Of a stretch of 51,133 nt of DNA, positions 48,509 through 51,133 are shown in pieces. The translations under genes and the position numbers were made by a program. Positions within the stretch are counted from its first letter, which is position 1, and every line of letters starts with the position of its first letter. The DNA is from Chromera velia (taxonomy: Eukaryota): the NCBI GenBank assembly GCA_018398765.1, contig JAHBMJ010000304.1:1-51133 (forward strand), written 5' to 3'. The notes below the pieces were generated by a model. That model was not told the origin of the DNA, searched no databases, and saw nothing but the letters and a program-made list of their open reading frames with translations.

Positions 48509-50331
48509 TGCAGACAGACAGACAGGCAGACAGACAGACAGGCAGAGAGACAGACAGACAGACAGACAGACAGGCAGACAGACAGACAGACAGGCGGACA
48601 GACTATATGACTGCTTTTTCGCTTACTTTACAGACAGACAGACACCGAGACAGAGACTGACGTCAAACACGTGGCCGTTGAAGGTGTCGACTGTGAATTG
48701 TTCGTCCACCTCAAAGTCGTAGTCACCAACCCCCCCTTCGTAGTTCACCCAACGAACCTGTATGCATGCAGGCATCCACACATACATACACGCATCAAGG
48801 CACGGATCGTGAAAGGAGGGCTGTGGGGAACACGAATGAGTGTAGAGAAAACAAACGGAGAAGACGACCAAGGAGAGACGGATGTGGCCAGCTTGGGGGG
48901 GTCTGAATTCTCAATGTGGCGGAAGAGAAGAGAGGAGAGAAAACGATGTTGAAGACTCGATGGAATGCTAATCTACCCATTTTATCCATGCCTTCCTTCT
49001 TGCCGCTCTCTTCACACAGTCACGAGTCCACTCCGTCGATCACTCGAATACCAAACCACTCAACCAACAAAAGGACAATCAAACAGACAAACGAAGGAAG
49101 CAACGAACCAGCACGGGAGATCCCGTGAAGTTGAAGAGATTCAGGCTCATGTCCGGTTTGGTCCCATCTGCCGGCTCTATGTGGGAGGTCGGTGTGCCCT
49201 TTGGGACCCTCCAGTCATCCAGAGACTTCAGAGAAGAGAAGCCGCCCTTGCCGACCTGAAACCATGCACAGTTTGTTCTATTGAATGTACGTGCTTTATT
49301 GAAATTGTATTCAGTATGTGTCTCTGTGCATATTCCTGTGTGTAAATATGCACATACTTACCCGCGTCCCTACGTATGTGCACGCTTTATGAATGTACGA
49401 ACGATAAATTTTGAAAGAGGAGAAATCCGCTTTGCTAACCTGATGTTGATGTGAAAGAGGAAGGAGCCAACGTCGAAAGATAGGCATTTTAGCCAAACAG
49501 GACACACAAAGGGCAATTTTTCTGCCTATGCATTAACTTTTTGAAAACAATTTGGAGGAGAAAAGAGAAAAAAAACCTCTGCATGGGGATGCCGACCTTT
49601 GCAAGACACTTGCCCATCAGTCTCTTCATCTCCTTGGACATCGGCAGTGTTGTCGCATTGGCAGAGGTCTTTTTCTTCTCCTCTTGTTTTTCTTCTTCCG
49701 CCTTCTCCTGTTCCTTCTTCTCTTCCTCTTCCTCGACGTTCTGGTAATTCAACCACTCCTCCTCGTCGTCCTCCTCCTCTCCCCCCCCAGACCCCCCCAC
49801 AAACCTCCACTCAGGTCGAGAGGCGCGCTCCTCGCTGTCAGGGTCTTCTCCGTCACCTGCAGGGAGGGAGGGAGGGAGGGAGGGAAGGGGAGGAAGATTG
49901 CAGGGGCCCTGTGTGGCAGGCACACCGGTCCCGCGTCTGAAGGACACCACATCCTCAGAGGTGTGTAGGAGTGCACGCAACCAAGCTTGAACACAACATC
50001 ATTTAATTGGACATACACTTATATGCATATACTGCCTTTTCTGAACAGTACCTACCTGGATCCAGCTCGTGTATCCAGGCCCTCGAGAACGCCTTTCCGA
50101 AGTCGCAGCGTTCAACGAAGAACGTCCCGTCCCTACTGTTCCTCCCCCCGGCCACACCCAGTTCCTCTGCGATCTCCCCGTTCTCCTCCCACTCAGGAGA
50201 AGAGTCCCCCCAGGCGCCCTGCCACTCGCCGTTATACCCCCACACGTTGTGCGCTTGGACGAACGAGAAGTCGCTCTCCCCAACGTTCACGTGAACGTCT
50301 ACCACCCCGTACCCATGGAACCCCACCATAC
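44796..50331 (-). CDS. Calpain-family cysteine protease with two CysPc domains and three VHL-beta-like repeats (5' part outside the window)
   Basis: Phase-compatible exons 50331-50056, 49856-49597, 49255-49109, 48757-48662, 48289-47993, 47526-47431, 47031-46564, 46206-45118, 44906-44796 (stop). The C-terminal CysPc has [16 protein letters not shown] (Cys), [21 protein letters not shown] (His), HNPWG (Asn), EWxxDWSD, DGTFFI. The upstream CysPc half has [23 protein letters not shown]. Confidence 0.88.
45489..45598. other. Assembly gap (110 N) inside a calpain exon
   Basis: Run of N next to a poly-C tract. Confidence 0.99.
47503..47631 (-). mobile_element. 33-bp poly(A)-tailed insertion with 48-bp flanking duplication
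   Basis: Direct repeats 47503-47550 and 47584-47631 (1 mismatch) flank ATTTACTTTCATACAAAAAAAAGAAAAAAAAAA on the - strand. Confidence 0.7.
48477..48603. repeat. (GACA)n intronic microsatellite
   Basis: Directly visible. Confidence 0.95.
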
Positions 50332-51133
50332 CTGCACGGAAGAGGAAGGAAACCACAAAGAACAGACGAACCTGTGAAGGAAGCTGCACGTGCGCGTAGT
50401 AGAAAGAGACTTTCTCACGCGCGTCAGCACGGCCGACATGCACGACGATCTCAGAGAATGCCAATGCCATCTGGATGGAATATGGACGAGAAAAGAAGAA
50501 GAGAGAATACGAGGCACGAGTCTTTCTTGAAGGATTTCATTCAGGTCATCGGGTGCTTCATTCCTTCCTTCATAAGCCGTCAGTCATTCTCCTCGAATGT
50601 TGCTCGTGGGTTTCAAGCAAGACGTGTGTCGGACAGGCGAGACAGGAAAACATCAGGATGCTTCCCAACAAAAGTCACAGAAAAAAAACTTGACGCTTGC
50701 AGCTTTGCGCTGACTGACCCTCACTTGCGTCCCAATTGTCGATCTTGACGGAGGAGAGGGAGATGACGGCACCCGCTTCGTACCTGGTTCAAGGCATGTC
50801 ATTGAGTTTGTGCAGGAATTAAGGCATTCGTCTTCCTTTCAGAATTAAATGTTATTTCACTCTAGCCAATTTTCTTCTGCTTTCGTTTCACTTTGCAATT
50901 GCTGTCTGTACGGGAGTTTGTGCTGTTCTCTCCCTCTCGCTGCGTGTGTGTAGTCACGCTGCTCTGATGATTCCCTCCTAGCTTCCTCTCTGCATCTTTC
51001 TGGCTTATGCTGCTGATGTTGTGAGAAAGTCAGTCACCTAAGGAATCCACGATCGTCTTGTTTTGCTTTCAGTAAAGTTGCAGAAACGATCGAGAGGCGC
51101 ATCCTTTCTCTCTCAGTCTCTCCCCCCCCCCCC

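Overview
Eukaryotic, intron-rich genomic DNA with GT-AG introns full of (CA)n, (GA)n, (GACA)n and (GGAT)n microsatellites. The style suggests a chromerid alveolate such as Chromera velia, but that is an inference from composition only. Five multi-exon loci can be assembled by hand: (1) a disrupted + strand ankyrin/Sel1-like/coiled-coil/CCCH gene at ~1.4-6.2 kb; (2) a large - strand gene of unknown function at 11.6-24.5 kb; (3) an intact 7-exon NOL12/RRP17-like gene at 27.5-31.7 kb; (4) a disrupted - strand ankyrin-repeat gene at 34.6-37.8 kb; (5) a - strand calpain-family gene from 44.8 kb running off the right edge. The calpain gene has two CysPc protease domains and three VHL-beta-like repeats, one inserted inside the second protease domain. 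AT-rich intergenic blocks hold non-autonomous DNA transposons (three hAT-like with 8-bp TSDs, a nested MITE pair, a long-TIR element flanked by CCGG) and truncated non-LTR retroelements. Paired repeats diverge mostly by C>T/G>A transitions, often CpA>TpA, which is a RIP-like signature. Two 3' splice sites have been duplicated or amplified. No rRNA, tRNA or CRISPR array was found.
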